From the NCBI RefSeq assembly GCF_006345805.1, contig NW_021835463.1:8917-72916 (forward strand): a stretch of 64,000 nucleotides of DNA, written 5' to 3'. Below the pieces are notes generated by a model. The model was not told the DNA's origin and did not search any database. It saw nothing but the letters and a program-made list of their open reading frames with translations. The translations under genes were made by a program, and so were the position numbers. Origin of the DNA: Octopus sinensis. Lineage: Eukaryota. Shown piece after piece: positions 49,401 through 63,030 of this stretch (the first letter of the stretch is position 1; every line of letters begins with the position of its first letter).

Positions 49401-52400
49401 AGGTAATTTAGAGGAATGTCATTCATGGGCAGGTAATTCAGGGGCATGTAATTCTGGGTTAGGTAATCCAGGGACATGTAATTCTGGGTCAGGTAATCCA
49501 GGGGCATGTAATTCAGGAGCATGTAATTCAGGGGCAGGTAATCTAGGTGCAGGTATTTCAGGGGCATGTCATTCTCGGGAAGGTAATTCATGGGCAGGTA
49601 ATTTAGGGATAGATAATTCAGGGTCAGGTCATACAGGTGCATGTAATTAAGAGCCATGTGATTGAGGGGCAGATAATTCAGGGCCATGTAATTCAGGGGC
49701 AGGCAATTCAGATGCATGTAATTTAGGGGCAGGTAATTCAGGGGCATGTAATTCAGGTGTATCTTATTCTGGTGTATGTTATTCAGGGGCATGTAATTCA
49801 GGGGCATGACATTCACGGGCAGGTAATTCCGGGGCAGGTAATTTAGGGATAGATAATTGAGGGGCATATCATTCAGGGTCAGGTCATTCATGTGCATGTA
49901 ATTAAGAGGCATTTAATTGAGGGGCATCTAATTCAGTTGTTTGTAATTCAGGGGCAGGTAATTCAGATGCATGTAATTTAGGGGAAGGTAATTCAGGGGT
50001 ATGTAATTCAGGGGCAGGTAATTTAGAGGAATGTCATTCATTGGCAGATAATTCCGGGACATGTAATTCAGGGGCATGTAATTCAGGGAAAGGTAATTCA
50101 GGGGCAGGTAATTCAGGGGTATGTAATTCAGGGGTAGGTAATTCAGGGGCATGTAATTGAGGTGCATGTATGTAATTCAGGGGTAGGTAATTCAGGGGCA
50201 TGTAATTCAGGGGCATGTAATTCAGGGGCATGTAATTCGTGGGTGGGTAATTCAGGGGAAGGTAATTCAGGGGCATGTCATTCAGGGGCATGTAATTCTG
50301 GGTCAGGTAATCCAGGGGCAGGTAATTCAGGGGCATGTAATTCAGATGAAAGGTAATTCAGGGGCATGTCATTCACGGGCAGGCAATTCAGGGGCTGGTA
50401 ATTTAGGGATAGATAATTCAGAGGCATGTCATTCAGGGGCAGGTCATTCAGGGTCATGTAATTTAGGGGCAGGTACTTCAGGGGCAGGTAATTCAGGGGC
50501 AGGTAATCTAGGTGCAGGTATTTCAGGGGCATGTCATTCCGGGGCAGGTAATTCAGGGGCATGTAATTTAGGGGCAGGTAATTCAGGTGTATGTAATTCA
50601 GGTGCAGGTTATTCAGGGACTCAGGGGTAGATAATTCAGGGGCATGTAATTCAGGTGTATGTAAATCAGGGGCATTTAAATCAGTTGCATGCAATTCAGG
50701 GGCATGTCATTCAGGGGCATGTCATTCTGGGAAGGTAATTCAGGGGCAGGTAATTCAGGGCTAGGTAATCCAGGGGCAGGTAATTCAGGGGCATGTAATT
50801 GAGGGGCATGTAATTCAGGTGTATGTAATTCAGGTGTATGTTATTCAGGGGCAGGTTATTCAGGTATAGGTTATTCAGGGGCAGGTAATCCAGATCTAAC
50901 TAATTAAGGGGCATGTCATTCAGGGGCATGTAATTTAGGGGCAGGTAATTCACGGGCATGTAATTCAGGTGTATGTAATTTATGGGAAGGTAATTCAGGG
51001 GTATGTAATTCAGGGGCATGTCATTGAGGGGCAGGTAAATCGGGCATGTAATTCATGTGCGGGTAATTGAGGGGAAGGTAATCCAGGTGCAGGTGATTTA
51101 GAGTAATGTCATTCATTGGCAGGTAATTCAGGGGCAGGTAATACAGAGCAATGTAATTTAGGGGCAGGTAATCCAGGGGCATGTAATTCAGATGAAAGGT
51201 AATTCATGGGCATGTCATTCACGGGCAGTTAATTCAGGGGCTGGTAATTTAGGGATTGATAATTCAGAGGCATGTCATTCAGGGGCAGGTCATTCAGGGT
51301 CATGTAATTTAGGGGCAGGTAATTCAGGGGCATTTAGTTCATGGGCCGCTAATTGGGGGGCAGGTAATTCATGGGCAGGTAATTGAGGGGCATGTCATTC
51401 AGGGGCAGGTAATTCAGGGGCATGTTATTTAGGGGCAGGTAATTCAGGTGTATGTTATTCAGGTGCAGGTTATTCAGGGACTCAGGGGTAGATAATTCAG
51501 GGGCATGTAATTCAGGTGCATGTAATTCATGGGCAGGTAATTCAGGGGTATGCAATTCAGGGGCATGTCATTCAGGGGCATTTCATTCTGGGAAGGTAAT
51601 TCAGGGGCAGGTAATTCAGGGCTAGGTAATCCAGGGGCAGGTAATTCAGGGGCATGTAATTGAGGGGCATGTAATTCAGGGGTAGGTTATTCAGGGGCAG
51701 GTAATCCAGGGCTAACTAATTAAGGGGCATGTCATTCAGGGGCATGTAATTTAGGGGCAGGTAATTCACGGGCAGGTAATTCACGTGCATGTAATTCAGG
51801 TGTATGTAATTTATGGGAAGGTAATTCAGGGGTATGTAATTCAGGGGCATGTCATTGAGGGGCAGGTAAATCGGGCATGTAATTCATGTGCGGGTAATTG
51901 AGGGGAAGGTAATCCAGGTGCAGGTGATTTAGAGTAATGTCATTCATTGGCAGGTAATTCAGGGGCAGGTAATACAGAGCAATGTAATTTAGGGGCAGGT
52001 AATCCAGGGGCATGTAATTCAGATGAAAGGTAATTCATGGGCATGTCATTCACGGGCAGTTAATTCTGGGGCTGGTAATTTAGGGATAGATAATTCAGAG
52101 GCATGTCATTCAGGGGCAGGTCATTCAGGGTCATGTAATTTAGGGGCAGGTACTTCAGGGGCAGGTAATTCAGGGGCATTTAGTTCATGGGCCGGTAATT
52201 GGGGGGCAGGTAATTCATGGGCAGGTAATTGAGGGGCATGTCATTCAGGGGCAGGTAATTCAGGGGCATGTAATTTAGGGGCAGGTAATTCAGGTGTATG
52301 TTATTCAGGTGCAGGTTATTCAGGGACTCAGGGGTAGATAATTCAGGGGCATGTAATTCAGGTGTATGTAATTCAGGGGCATGTAAATCAGTTGCATGTA

Positions 52401-55400
52401 ATTCAGGGGCATGTAATTCAGGTGCATGTAATTCATGGGCAGGTAATTCAGGGGTATGCAATTCAGGGGCATGTCATTCAGGGGCATGTCATTCAGGGAA
52501 GGTAATTCAGGGCTAGGTAATCCAGGGGCAGGTAATTGAGGGGCATGTAATTGAGGGGCATGTAATTCAGGTGTATGTAATTCAGGTGTATGTTATTCAG
52601 GGGCAGGTCATTCAGGGGCAGGTAATCCAGGGGTAACTAATTAAGGGGCAGGTCATTCAGGGGCATGTAATTTAGGGGCAGGTAATTCACGGGCATGTAA
52701 TTCAGGTGTATGTAATTTATGGGAAGGTAATTCAGGTGTATGTAATTTATGGGAAGGTAATTCAGGGGTATGTAATTCAGGGGCATGTCATTGAGGGGCA
52801 GGTAAATCGGGCATGTAATTCATGTGCGGGTAATTGAGGGGAAGGTAATCCAGGTGCAGGTGATTTAGAGTAATGTCATTCTTTGGCAGGTAATTCAGGG
52901 GCAGGTAATACAGAGCAATGTAATTTAGGGGAAGGTAATCCAGGGGGAGGTAATTTATAGGAATGTCATTCATGGGCAGGTAATTCAGGGTCTTGTAATT
53001 CAGGGGCATGTAATTGAGGTGCAGGTAATTGAGGGGCTTGTAATCCAGGTGTATGTAATTCAGGGGCATGTAATTCGTGGGTGGGTAATTCAGAGGAATG
53101 TAATTCGGGGGAAGGTAATCCAGGGGCAGGTAATTCAGGCGTAATTCAGGGAAAGGTAATTTAGAGGAATGTCATTCATGGGCAGGTAATCCAGGGGCAT
53201 GTAATTCAGGTGCATGTAATTCAGGGGCATGTCATTCACGGGCAGGTAATTCAGGGGCTGGTAATTTAGGGATAGATAATTCAGAGGCATGTCATTCAGG
53301 GGCAGGTCATTCAGGTACATGTAATTAAGAGGCAGGTAATTCAGGGCCATGTAATTCAGGTGCTTGTAATTCAGGGGCACGTAATTCAGATGCATGTAAT
53401 TTAGGGGCAGGTACTTCAGGGGAAGGTAATTTAGAGGCATTTAATTCATGGGCAGGTAATTTAGAGGCATTTAATTCATGGGCAGGTAATTGAGGGCCAT
53501 GTATTTTAGGGCCAGGTAGTTCACGGGCAGGTAATTGAGGGGCATGTCATTCAGGGGCAGGTAATTCAGGTGCAGGTTATTCAGGGACTCAGGGGTAGAT
53601 AATTCAGGGGCATGTAATTCAGGGTCAGGTAATTCAGGTGTATGTAACTCAGGGACAGGTAATTCAGGGGCATGTAATTCATGGGCAGGTTATTCAGGGG
53701 CATGTAATTTAGGGGCAAGTAATTTAGGGGCAGGTAATTTAGAGGAATATTGGCAGATAATTCAAGGACATGTAATTAAGGGGCATGTAATTCATGGGCA
53801 GGTAATTTAGGGGCATGTAATTCATGGGCGGGTAATTGAGGCGAAGGTAATCCAGGGGCAGGTAGTTCAGGTGCAGGTGATTTAGAGGAATGTCATTCAT
53901 TGGCAGGTAATTCAGGGGCAGGTAATTCAGGGGCAGGTAATTCAGGGGTAATTCAGGGAAAGGTAATTTAGAGGAATGTCATTCATGGGCAGGTGATTGA
54001 GGGGCAGGTAATTCAGTGGCAGGTAATTCACGGGCAGGTAATTCAGGGGTAATTCAGGGACAGGTAATTTATAGGTATGTCATTCATGGGCAGGTGATTG
54101 AGGGGCATGTCATTCAGGGACAGGTAATTCAGGGGCCCATAATTTAGGGGCAGGTAATTCAAAGGCATGTAATTCAGGTGTATGTAATTCAGGGGCAGGA
54201 AATTCAGATGCAGGTTATTCAGGGACATGTGACTCAGGGGTAGGTAATTCAGGGGCAGGTAATTCAGGTGTATGTAATTCAGGGGCATGTAATTCAGGTG
54301 CATGTAATTCATGGGCAGGTAATTCAGGGGCATGTAATTCAGGGAAGGTAATCCAGGGGTATGTAATTAAGGGGCAGGTCATTCAGGGGCATGTCATTCA
54401 GGGGCAGGTAATTCATGGGCATGAAATTCAGGGGATGGTAATTCAGGGGCACGTAATTCAGGGGCATGTTATTCAGGGGCATGTAATTAAGGGGCATGTA
54501 ATTCAGGTGCATGTAATTCTGGGTTAGGTAATCCAGGTGCATGTAATTCTGGGTTAGGTAATCCAGGGGCATGTAATTGAGGGGTAGTTAATTCAGGGGT
54601 AGGTAATTCAGGGGCATGTAATTCAGGGGCATGTAATTCATGGGCGGGTAATTCAGAGGAATGTAATTCAGGGGAAGGTAATTCAGGGACAGGTAGTTTA
54701 GAGGAATGTCATTCAGGGGCAGGTAATTCAGGGGCATGTAATTTAGGGGCAGGTAATTCAGGTGTATCTTATTCTGGTGTATGTTATTCAGGGGCAGGTC
54801 ATTCAGGGGCAGGTAATTCAGGGGCATGTATTCAGGTGTATGTAATTCAGGGGCATGTAAATCAGTTGCATGTAATTCAGGGGCATGTAATTCAGGGGCA
54901 GGTAATTCAGGGGTATGCAATTCAGGGGCATGTCATTCAGGGGCATGTCATTCAGGGAAGGTAATTCAGGGGTAGGTAATTCAGGGGCAGGTAATTGAGG
55001 GGCATGTAATTGAGGGCCATGTAATTAAGGGGCATGTAATTCAGGTGCATGTAATTCAGGGGCAGGTAATTCAGGGGCAGGTAATCCAGGGGTAACTAAT
55101 TAAGGGGCAGGTCATTCAGGGGCATGTAATTTAGGGGCAGGTAATTCACGGGCATGTAATTCAGGTGTATGTAATTTATGGGAAGGTAATTCAGGTGTAT
55201 GTAATTTATGGGAAGGTAATTCAGGGGTATGTAATTCAGGGGCATGTCATTGAGGGGCAGGTAAATCGGGCATGTAATTCATGTGCGGGTAATTGAGGGG
55301 AAGGTAATCCAGGTGCAGGTGATTTAGAGTAATGTCATTCTTTGGCAGGTAATTCAGGGGCAGGTAATACAGAGCAATGTAATTTAGGGGAAGGTAATCC

Positions 55401-58348
55401 AGGGGGAGGTAATTTATAGGAATGTCATTCATGGGCAGGTAATTCAGGGTCTTGTAATTCAGGGGCATGTAATTGAGGTGCAGGTAATTGAGGGGCTTGT
55501 AATCCAGGTGTATGTAATTCAGGGGCATGTAATTCGTGGGTGGGTAATTCAGAGGAATGTAATTCGGGGGAAGGTAATCCAGGGGCAGGTAATTCAGGCG
55601 TAATTCAGGGAAAGGTAATTTAGAGGAATGTCATTCATGGGCAGGTAATCCAGGGGCATGTAATTCAGGTGCATGTAATTCAGGGGCATGTCATTCACGG
55701 GCAGGTAATTCAGGGGCTGGTAATTTAGGGATAGATAATTCAGAGGCATGTCATTCAGGGGCAGGTCATTCAGGTACATGTAATTAAGAGGCAGGTAATT
55801 CAGGGCCATGTAATTCAGGTGCTTGTAATTCAGGGGCACGTAATTCAGATGCATGTAATTTAGGGGCAGGTACTTCAGGGGAAGGTAATTTAGAGGCATT
55901 TAATTCATGGGCAGGTAATTTAGAGGCATTTAATTCATGGGCAGGTAATTGAGGGGCATGTATTTTAGGGCCAGGTAGTTCACGGGCAGGTAATTGAGGG
56001 GCATGTCATTCAGGGGCAGGTAATTCAGGTGCAGGTTATTCAGGGACTCAGGGGTAGATAATTCAGGGGCATGTAATTCAGGGTCAGGTAATTCAGGTGT
56101 ATGTAACTCAGGGACAGGTAATTCAGGGGCATGTAATTCATGGGCAGGTTATTCAGGGGCATGTAATTTAGGGGCAAGTAATTTAGGGGCAGGTAATTTA
56201 GAGGAATATTGGCAGATAATTCAAGGACATGTAATTCATGGGCAGGTAATTTAGGGGCATGTAATTCATGGGCGGGTAATTGAGGCGAAGGTAATCCAGG
56301 GGCAGGTAATTCAGGTGCAGGTTATTCAGGGGCATGTCATTCACGGGCAGGTAATTCAGGGGCAGGTAATTTAGAGTGTAATTCAGGGGAAGGTAATTCA
56401 GGGGTAATTCAGGGACAGGTAATTTAGAGGATGTCATTCATGGCAGGTAATTCAGGGGCAGGTAATTCACGGGCAGGTAATTCACGGGCAGGTAATTCAG
56501 GGGTAATTCAGGGACAGGTAATTTATAGGTATGTCATTCATGGGCAGGTGATTGAGGGGCATGTCATTCAGGGACAGGTAATTCAGGGGCCCATAATTTA
56601 GGGGCAGGTAATTCAAAGGCATGTAATTCAGGTGTATGTAATTCAGGGGCAGGAAATTCAGATGCAGGTTATTCAGGGACATGTGACTCAGGGGTAGGTA
56701 ATTCAGGGGCAGGTAATTCAGGTGTATGTAATTCAGGGGCATGTATTCAGGGGCATGTAATTCATGGGCAGGTAATTCAGGGGCATGTAATTCAGGGAAG
56801 GTAATCCAGGGGTATGTAATTAAGGGGCAGGTCATTCAGGGGCATGTCATTCAGGGGCAGGTAATTCATGGGCATGAAATTCAGGGGATGGTAATTCAGG
56901 GGCACGTAATTCAGGGGCATGTTATTCAGGGGCATGTAATTAAGGGGCATGTAATTCAGGTGCATGTAATTCTGGGTTAGGTAATCCAGGTGCATGTAAT
57001 TCTGGGTTAGGTAATCCAGGGGCATGTAATTGAGGGGTAGTTAATTCAGGGGTAGGTAATTCAGGGGCATGTAATTCAGGGGCATGTAATTCATGGGTGG
57101 GTAATTCAGAGGAATGTAATTCAGGGGAAGGTAATTCAGGGACAGGTAATTTAGAGGAATGTCATTCATGGGCAGGTAATTCAGGGGCATGTAATTCTGG
57201 GTTAAGTAATCCAGGGGCATGTAATTCAGGGGCAAGTAATCTAGGTGCATGTAATTCAGGGGCATGTCATTCACGGGCAGGTAATTCATGGGCAGGTAAT
57301 TTAGGGATAGATAATTCAGGGTCAGGTCATACAGGTGCATGTAATTAAGAGGCATGTAATTGAGGGGCAGATAATTCAGGGCCATGTAATTTAGGGGCAG
57401 GTAATTCAGGGGTATGTAATTTTGGGGCAGGTAATTCAGGTGTATCTTATTCTGGTGTATGTTATTCAGGGGCATGTAATTCAGGGGCAGTTTATCCAGG
57501 GGCATGACATTCACGGGCAGGTAATTCCGGGGCAGGTAATTTAGGGATAGATAATTGAGGGGCATATCATTCAGGGTCAGGTCATTCATGTGCATGTAAT
57601 TAAGAGGCATGTAATTAAGGGGCATGTATTTCAGGGGCATCTAATTCAGGTGTTTGTAATCCAGGGGCAGGTAATTCAGATGCATGTAATTTAGGGGAAG
57701 GTAATTCAGGGGTATGTAATTCAGGGGCAGGTAATTTAGAGGAATGTCATTCATTGGCAGATAATTCCGGGACATGTAATTCAGGGGCATGTAATTCAGG
57801 GAAAGGTAATTGAGGGGCAGGTAATTCAGGTGCATGTAATTCAGGGACATGTAACTCAGGGGCAGGTAATTCAAGGGCAGGTAATACAGGGGCATGTAAT
57901 TAAGGGGCAGGAAATTCAGGGCCATGTAATTCAGGGCCATGTAATTAAGGAGCAGGTAATTGAGGGGCAGTTAATTCAGGGGCATGAAATTCAGGGGCAT
58001 GAAATTCAGGGGCATGAAATTCAGGGGCATGTAATTCGGGCATGTAATTCAGGGGCGGGTAATTCAGTGGTAATGTAATCCAGGGGCAGGTAATGCAGCG
58101 GTTGGTAATTTAGAGGAATGTCATTCAGGGACATGTAATTCAGGGACATGTAATTCAGGGACATGTAATTCAGGGGAAGGTAATTGACGGGCAGGTAATT
58201 CAGGTGCATATAATTCAGGGACATGTAACTCAGGTACAGGTAATTCAAGGGCAGGTAATACAGGGTCATGTAATTCAGGGCCATGTAATTGAGGGCCATG
58301 TAATTAAGGGGCAGGACATTCAGGTACATGTAATTCAGGGCCACGTAG
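43456..58348 (+). repeat. ~14.9-kb G-rich 15-bp satellite (roughly 1000 monomers) with higher-order repeats
   Basis: Monomer consensus AATTCAGGGGCA(G/T)GT. Identical translated blocks recur 2459 bp apart (52788/55247, 53135/55594) and near-identical ones ~830-850 bp apart (50346/51192/52023). Confidence 0.97.
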
Positions 58349-58972
58349 TTACCTCCCTTAAGTAGTTATCTCCCTTAAGTATGTAGTTATCGTAATATAC
58401 GCTTTGTCGCTCTTAGACTCTTTCCGTTATTTCACTGCGACCATGGTGGAGCACCGCCTTTAGTGAAGCAAATCAAGCCCAGGAATTATTCTTTGTATGC
58501 CTATTACTTAATGTATAGGTCTCTTTTGCAGAACCGATAAGTTACGGGGACGTAATGTTCGATATACTTATTTAGTAGTTATTTATTTATTGTAAGAATT
58601 TCAATTATCATAAATTATGGGCTAGGAAAAATACTAGAAACTTTTTTGATAGACCTATTGGGGCTCCTTGTGTGTGTGGGACTGTTTTTATTTATGTGAG
58701 TGTGGGTATTTTCATTTCAGTGTTTGTGTGTGAGAGTGTTTTTATTTCTGTGTGCGCGAGTGTGTGAGCGACTGAGTGTTTCTATTTGTTTGTGTGTACG
58801 TCACTTACAACTACAACAAACACTTTGACCATTTGTAAGATACCCACATTTGTGATCACTAAATACTAAATCAAAATAAGTCAATTTATTGCACCTTCAT
58901 ATATACACACACACACACACACACACATACACATGTATGTGTTTGTGTATTTATATGTCGTACATAGCGTCG

Positions 58973-59056
<84 letters not shown>

Positions 59057-60222
59057 ATAAATATATACATACAGATATACGTGAATATACCAACACACGT
59101 ATATGTAGTATCTAAAACAAAAAAGAAACTGTAAGGGATGGAATGGGAGTTCATTCCGTTTTATTAAGAAAACTTGCATCTGTATGTGTGATAGTACGTG
59201 CGTGCATTCTCGTGTGCCCTTCGAGTGCGAACATACACAGACACACACAAACACACGCACGCACACACGCACACACACGCACACACACTCACACACACAC
59301 ACACACGCACATGCACACACACACACACACACGCACACACACACACAGACACACACACACACATTTAAACATATATACGACGAGATTCTATCAATTTCCT
59401 TCCACTAAATCCCATCACAAGGATTAGCTAGGCCCTGGGCTACAATAGTAACAATTGCAGAAGATGACAGGCAGTGGGAATGAACCCGAAACCATGTGGT
59501 TCGTAAGCAAACTACTTACAACAGCCATTCCTACGTCGATATTCATATATACGACGGCTTCTTTCAGTTTCCCTCTACAAACTCCACTCAGAATACATTG
59601 GTTGGCCCTAGGCTATAGTCGAATACACTTGCCGAAGGTGCAACGCTGTTGGTTTGAACTCGGCACATTGCGGTTCGTGAGCAATCATTCTCACAGAAAT
59701 GCGCGCACAAACAGACACAGAATGTCGCGGTTGAAAGGTCAACATGTTTAAAACATAAATACCTACGAGTTTGCGTATATGCATGTATCTATGTGCCTGG
59801 GTGCGGACGTGTGTTTCCAGAATGTCTCAGTTTTAAGGTCAACATATTTGAAACATAAATAGGTACGAGATGGCGTCTTTGCATATATCTATATTCGTGG
59901 GTGCGGACGTGTGAGTGTTTCTGCGTGTGTGAGCACAGTCCACCTATACCCAAGCTGGTTGCATTGTCTCATAAGAACCAGCCGTGAAAGTTCCGGACCC
60001 CATTAATGAACTCATTTGCATACAAACAATTAGGTCCCGCCTTGAACTTCTCCGGTTAACAAACAGTAGTGTCTGAATGGGAATTAGCTTGCTTACCTAA
60101 CAAATGTTTTCGAGTTCAGTCACACTGGGTGGCATGTTGGGCAAATGTCTTCTACTATAGTCTCGGGCCGACCAAAGCCTTGTGAGTGGATTTGGGAGAC
60201 GGAAACTAAAAGAAGACTGTCG

Positions 60223-60273
<51 letters not shown>

Positions 60274-60419
60274 GTAAGAGTGGCTACGTAGCTTGCTTTC
60301 CAAACACGGTGTTTCTGGTTCTGTCCAACTACGTGGCCCCAATATAGCCTCGGACAGACCAACGTTTCTGAGTAGATTTGGTACACCGAAACAGAAAGTA
60401 GCCCGTGGTATATAGATAG

Positions 60420-60471
<52 letters not shown>

Positions 60472-63030
60472 GAGAGAGAGAGAGAGAGAGACAGGTATAT
60501 ATTGACAGATATATGTATATATGTATAGATATTTCAACATATATTGGATGGCCATAATGGGACATCCGACTCACTAGAGAGAGCAGTTAAACTTCAAAAA
60601 ATCGTAAAATCTATGTCATGTCTGAATAATATATTCGAAAGTTACTTCCTCTTGCTCATTATAATTTATTAAAAGTAATATAATTATATGTAAGGAAAGT
60701 AACTCTGGAAGATGTTATCTAGTTATCTCCCTTCCGAGAGTTAATTTCCCCGCATATTTTTTTATTGTTAAATTATAATGTTCAAGGGAAGTAACTGTTG
60801 AAGATACTTTGTAGTTATCTCCCTTAAGTATGTAGTTATCGTAATATACGCTCTGTCGCTCTTAGACTCTTTCAGTTAGTTCACTGTGACCATGGTGGAT
60901 CACCGCCTTTAGTGAAGCAAATCAACCCCAGGAATTATTCTTTGTATGCCTATTACTTAATGTATAGGTCTCTTTTGCTGAACCGATTAGTTACGGGGAC
61001 GTAATGTTCGATATACTGATTTAGTAGGTATTTATTTATCGTTAGAATTTCAATTATCATAAATTATGGGCTAGGAAAAATACTAGAAACTTTTTTGATA
61101 GACCTATTGGGGCTCCTTGTGTGTGTGGGACTTTTTATTTATATGAGTGTCGGTATTTTCATTTCAGTGTTTGTGTGTGTGTGAGTGTTTTTATTTCTGT
61201 GTGCACGAGTGTGTGAGCGACTGAGTGTTTCTATTTGTGTGTGTGCGACACTTACAACTACAACAAACACATTGACCATTTGTAAGATACCCACATTTGA
61301 GATCACTAACTACTAATACAAATAAGTTCAATTTATTGCACCTTTAGTGGCTTCAGATGTTGCTCATATTTTTCCCATGTGTCGTCAATGTATTAATTTC
61401 ACAAGTGGATGACAGAAATTCTAATTCTGGCGTGGAGGGAGCTGATATTCTAACTGCGAGTGCAAAGCACCCAATGCCCCTCTACATTCTGAATAAATTG
61501 TATGTTTATGCTAGTTAGGGTTTTATGTGTGAATGTGTAACTGCGTTTTCATTTCTGTGTGGGTGCGTATGTTTGTGTGTGACTATTTTCATTTCTATTT
61601 GTGTGTGTGCATGTGTAGGTATGTAACTGTTTTCATTTCAGTGTTTGTGTTTGTGTGAATGTTTTTATTTCTGTGTATACGTGTGTGAGCGTCTGTTTGT
61701 ATGCGACAATTACAGCTAGAACAAACACTTTAAGCATCTCTAAGATACCGACATTTGCAGATCCCTAAGTTCTAAATGAAAAGAAGTTCAATTGCACCTT
61801 TAGTGACTCCAGATTTGCGAGTGTTAAGCACCCCGTATCTACATACCTGGATCGGTCTGCTTCTTCATTGACGATTTGCTGGAGCTTGGTGTCATCAGCA
61901 AATATGTTCACTTTGCAGTAATGTACGACACTGGAAAGGTCGTTTATGTAGATTATGAAGAGTAGCGGACAGACCCCTGAGGGACACCGCTGGTGACTTT
62001 TGCTTGGCTTGAGTGGACTCCATCAACTACAACATGTGTTGTATTCGCCAGGAAATACTTGATCCAGTGTAGAACTTTTCCACGGATTCCAACATTTGCC
62101 AATTTTGAGAGTAGGATATTATGGTCTACCCTGTCGAACGCTTTACTGAAGTCAAGATATATGACATCAGAGTTCGAACCTGTTCCCAAGGCTTTGAGTA
62201 CATCTTCAATGTGGTGTAAGAGCCGTGTTAGACAGTCCCTACCACAGCGAAAGCCATGCTGATTTGCATATAGGAGTTTGTGGGTCTCCAGGAAGTCAGC
62301 CATCCTTGATCTTAACACCCTTTCAAACACTTTTATGATGTGGGAGGTGAGTGAGATTGGGCGATAGTTGAGTGCGAGGGATCTGTTTCCCTGTTTGAAA
62401 ACCGGGATGACTGACTGGGATAGAAACTGTTTTGGTATATAACCTGCATGTAACGAATTTCTCCAGAGGTTGGTCAGTGGGACTGCAAGTTGGTGTTTAC
62501 ATTCCTTCAGGAGACTAACGGGGAATCTATCAGGGCCTACAGCAGAGTAGTATTTGACCTCATTTATTGCTGCTACGATGTCAGAGGGAGTGAAGGTTAT
62601 GTCTGCAATTTTGTGTTGGGAGTCAACTTCGTTCGCTTCTCTTACGTCAATATCAGTGGGAACACTAAAGACAGCAGTATTGTTTCTGCAATATATATAT
62701 AGAGAGAAACATGTATATACATATAGATATTTATATATATGTATATATGTGTGTGTTTCGATGTCCCCAAAACCGTTTCACAAGCGATGTCGGTGAATTT
62801 TACACTCCATTAACCTATCCGTTCGGGAAAAGAAGACCAACAGAATAAATACTAGACTGACGTAGATAAAAGTCCTAGTGTCGATTTGCTCTAGAAAAGG
62901 CTGTGCTCCAGCATGGGCACATTGAAATGACTAAACAAGGAAAGGACTAAAAGTGTTACGTCTGAACATTATATTGTAGAGTTAATTAGCTTCCATGACA
63001 CATTTTGATAATAGTCGTTATTTAAATAAA
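58349..63030. repeat. Distal subtelomeric mosaic block, paralogous to ~29530-36010
   Basis: Colinear matches: 58365-59680 with 29530-30770; 59680-61720 with 30770-32915; 61853-63030 with 34945-36010. Confidence 0.9.
61853..62560 (-). mobile_element. CR1-group LINE RT fragment (second copy)
   Basis: ORF 61953-62330: QHGFRCGRDCLTRLL...DVIYLDFSKAFDRVDHNILL.KL...SGVPQGSV. It retains the YLDFSKAFD segment that is deleted in the 35-kb copy. Confidence 0.88.

Noticed and set aside
43456-58348. Pentapeptide-repeat protein (NYLPL/NYMPL)n on the minus strand, or (GNSGA)n on the plus strand
   Set aside because: These are translations of a 15-bp satellite. Frames are repeatedly broken by stops and 1-bp indels, with no unique N- or C-terminal coding region.
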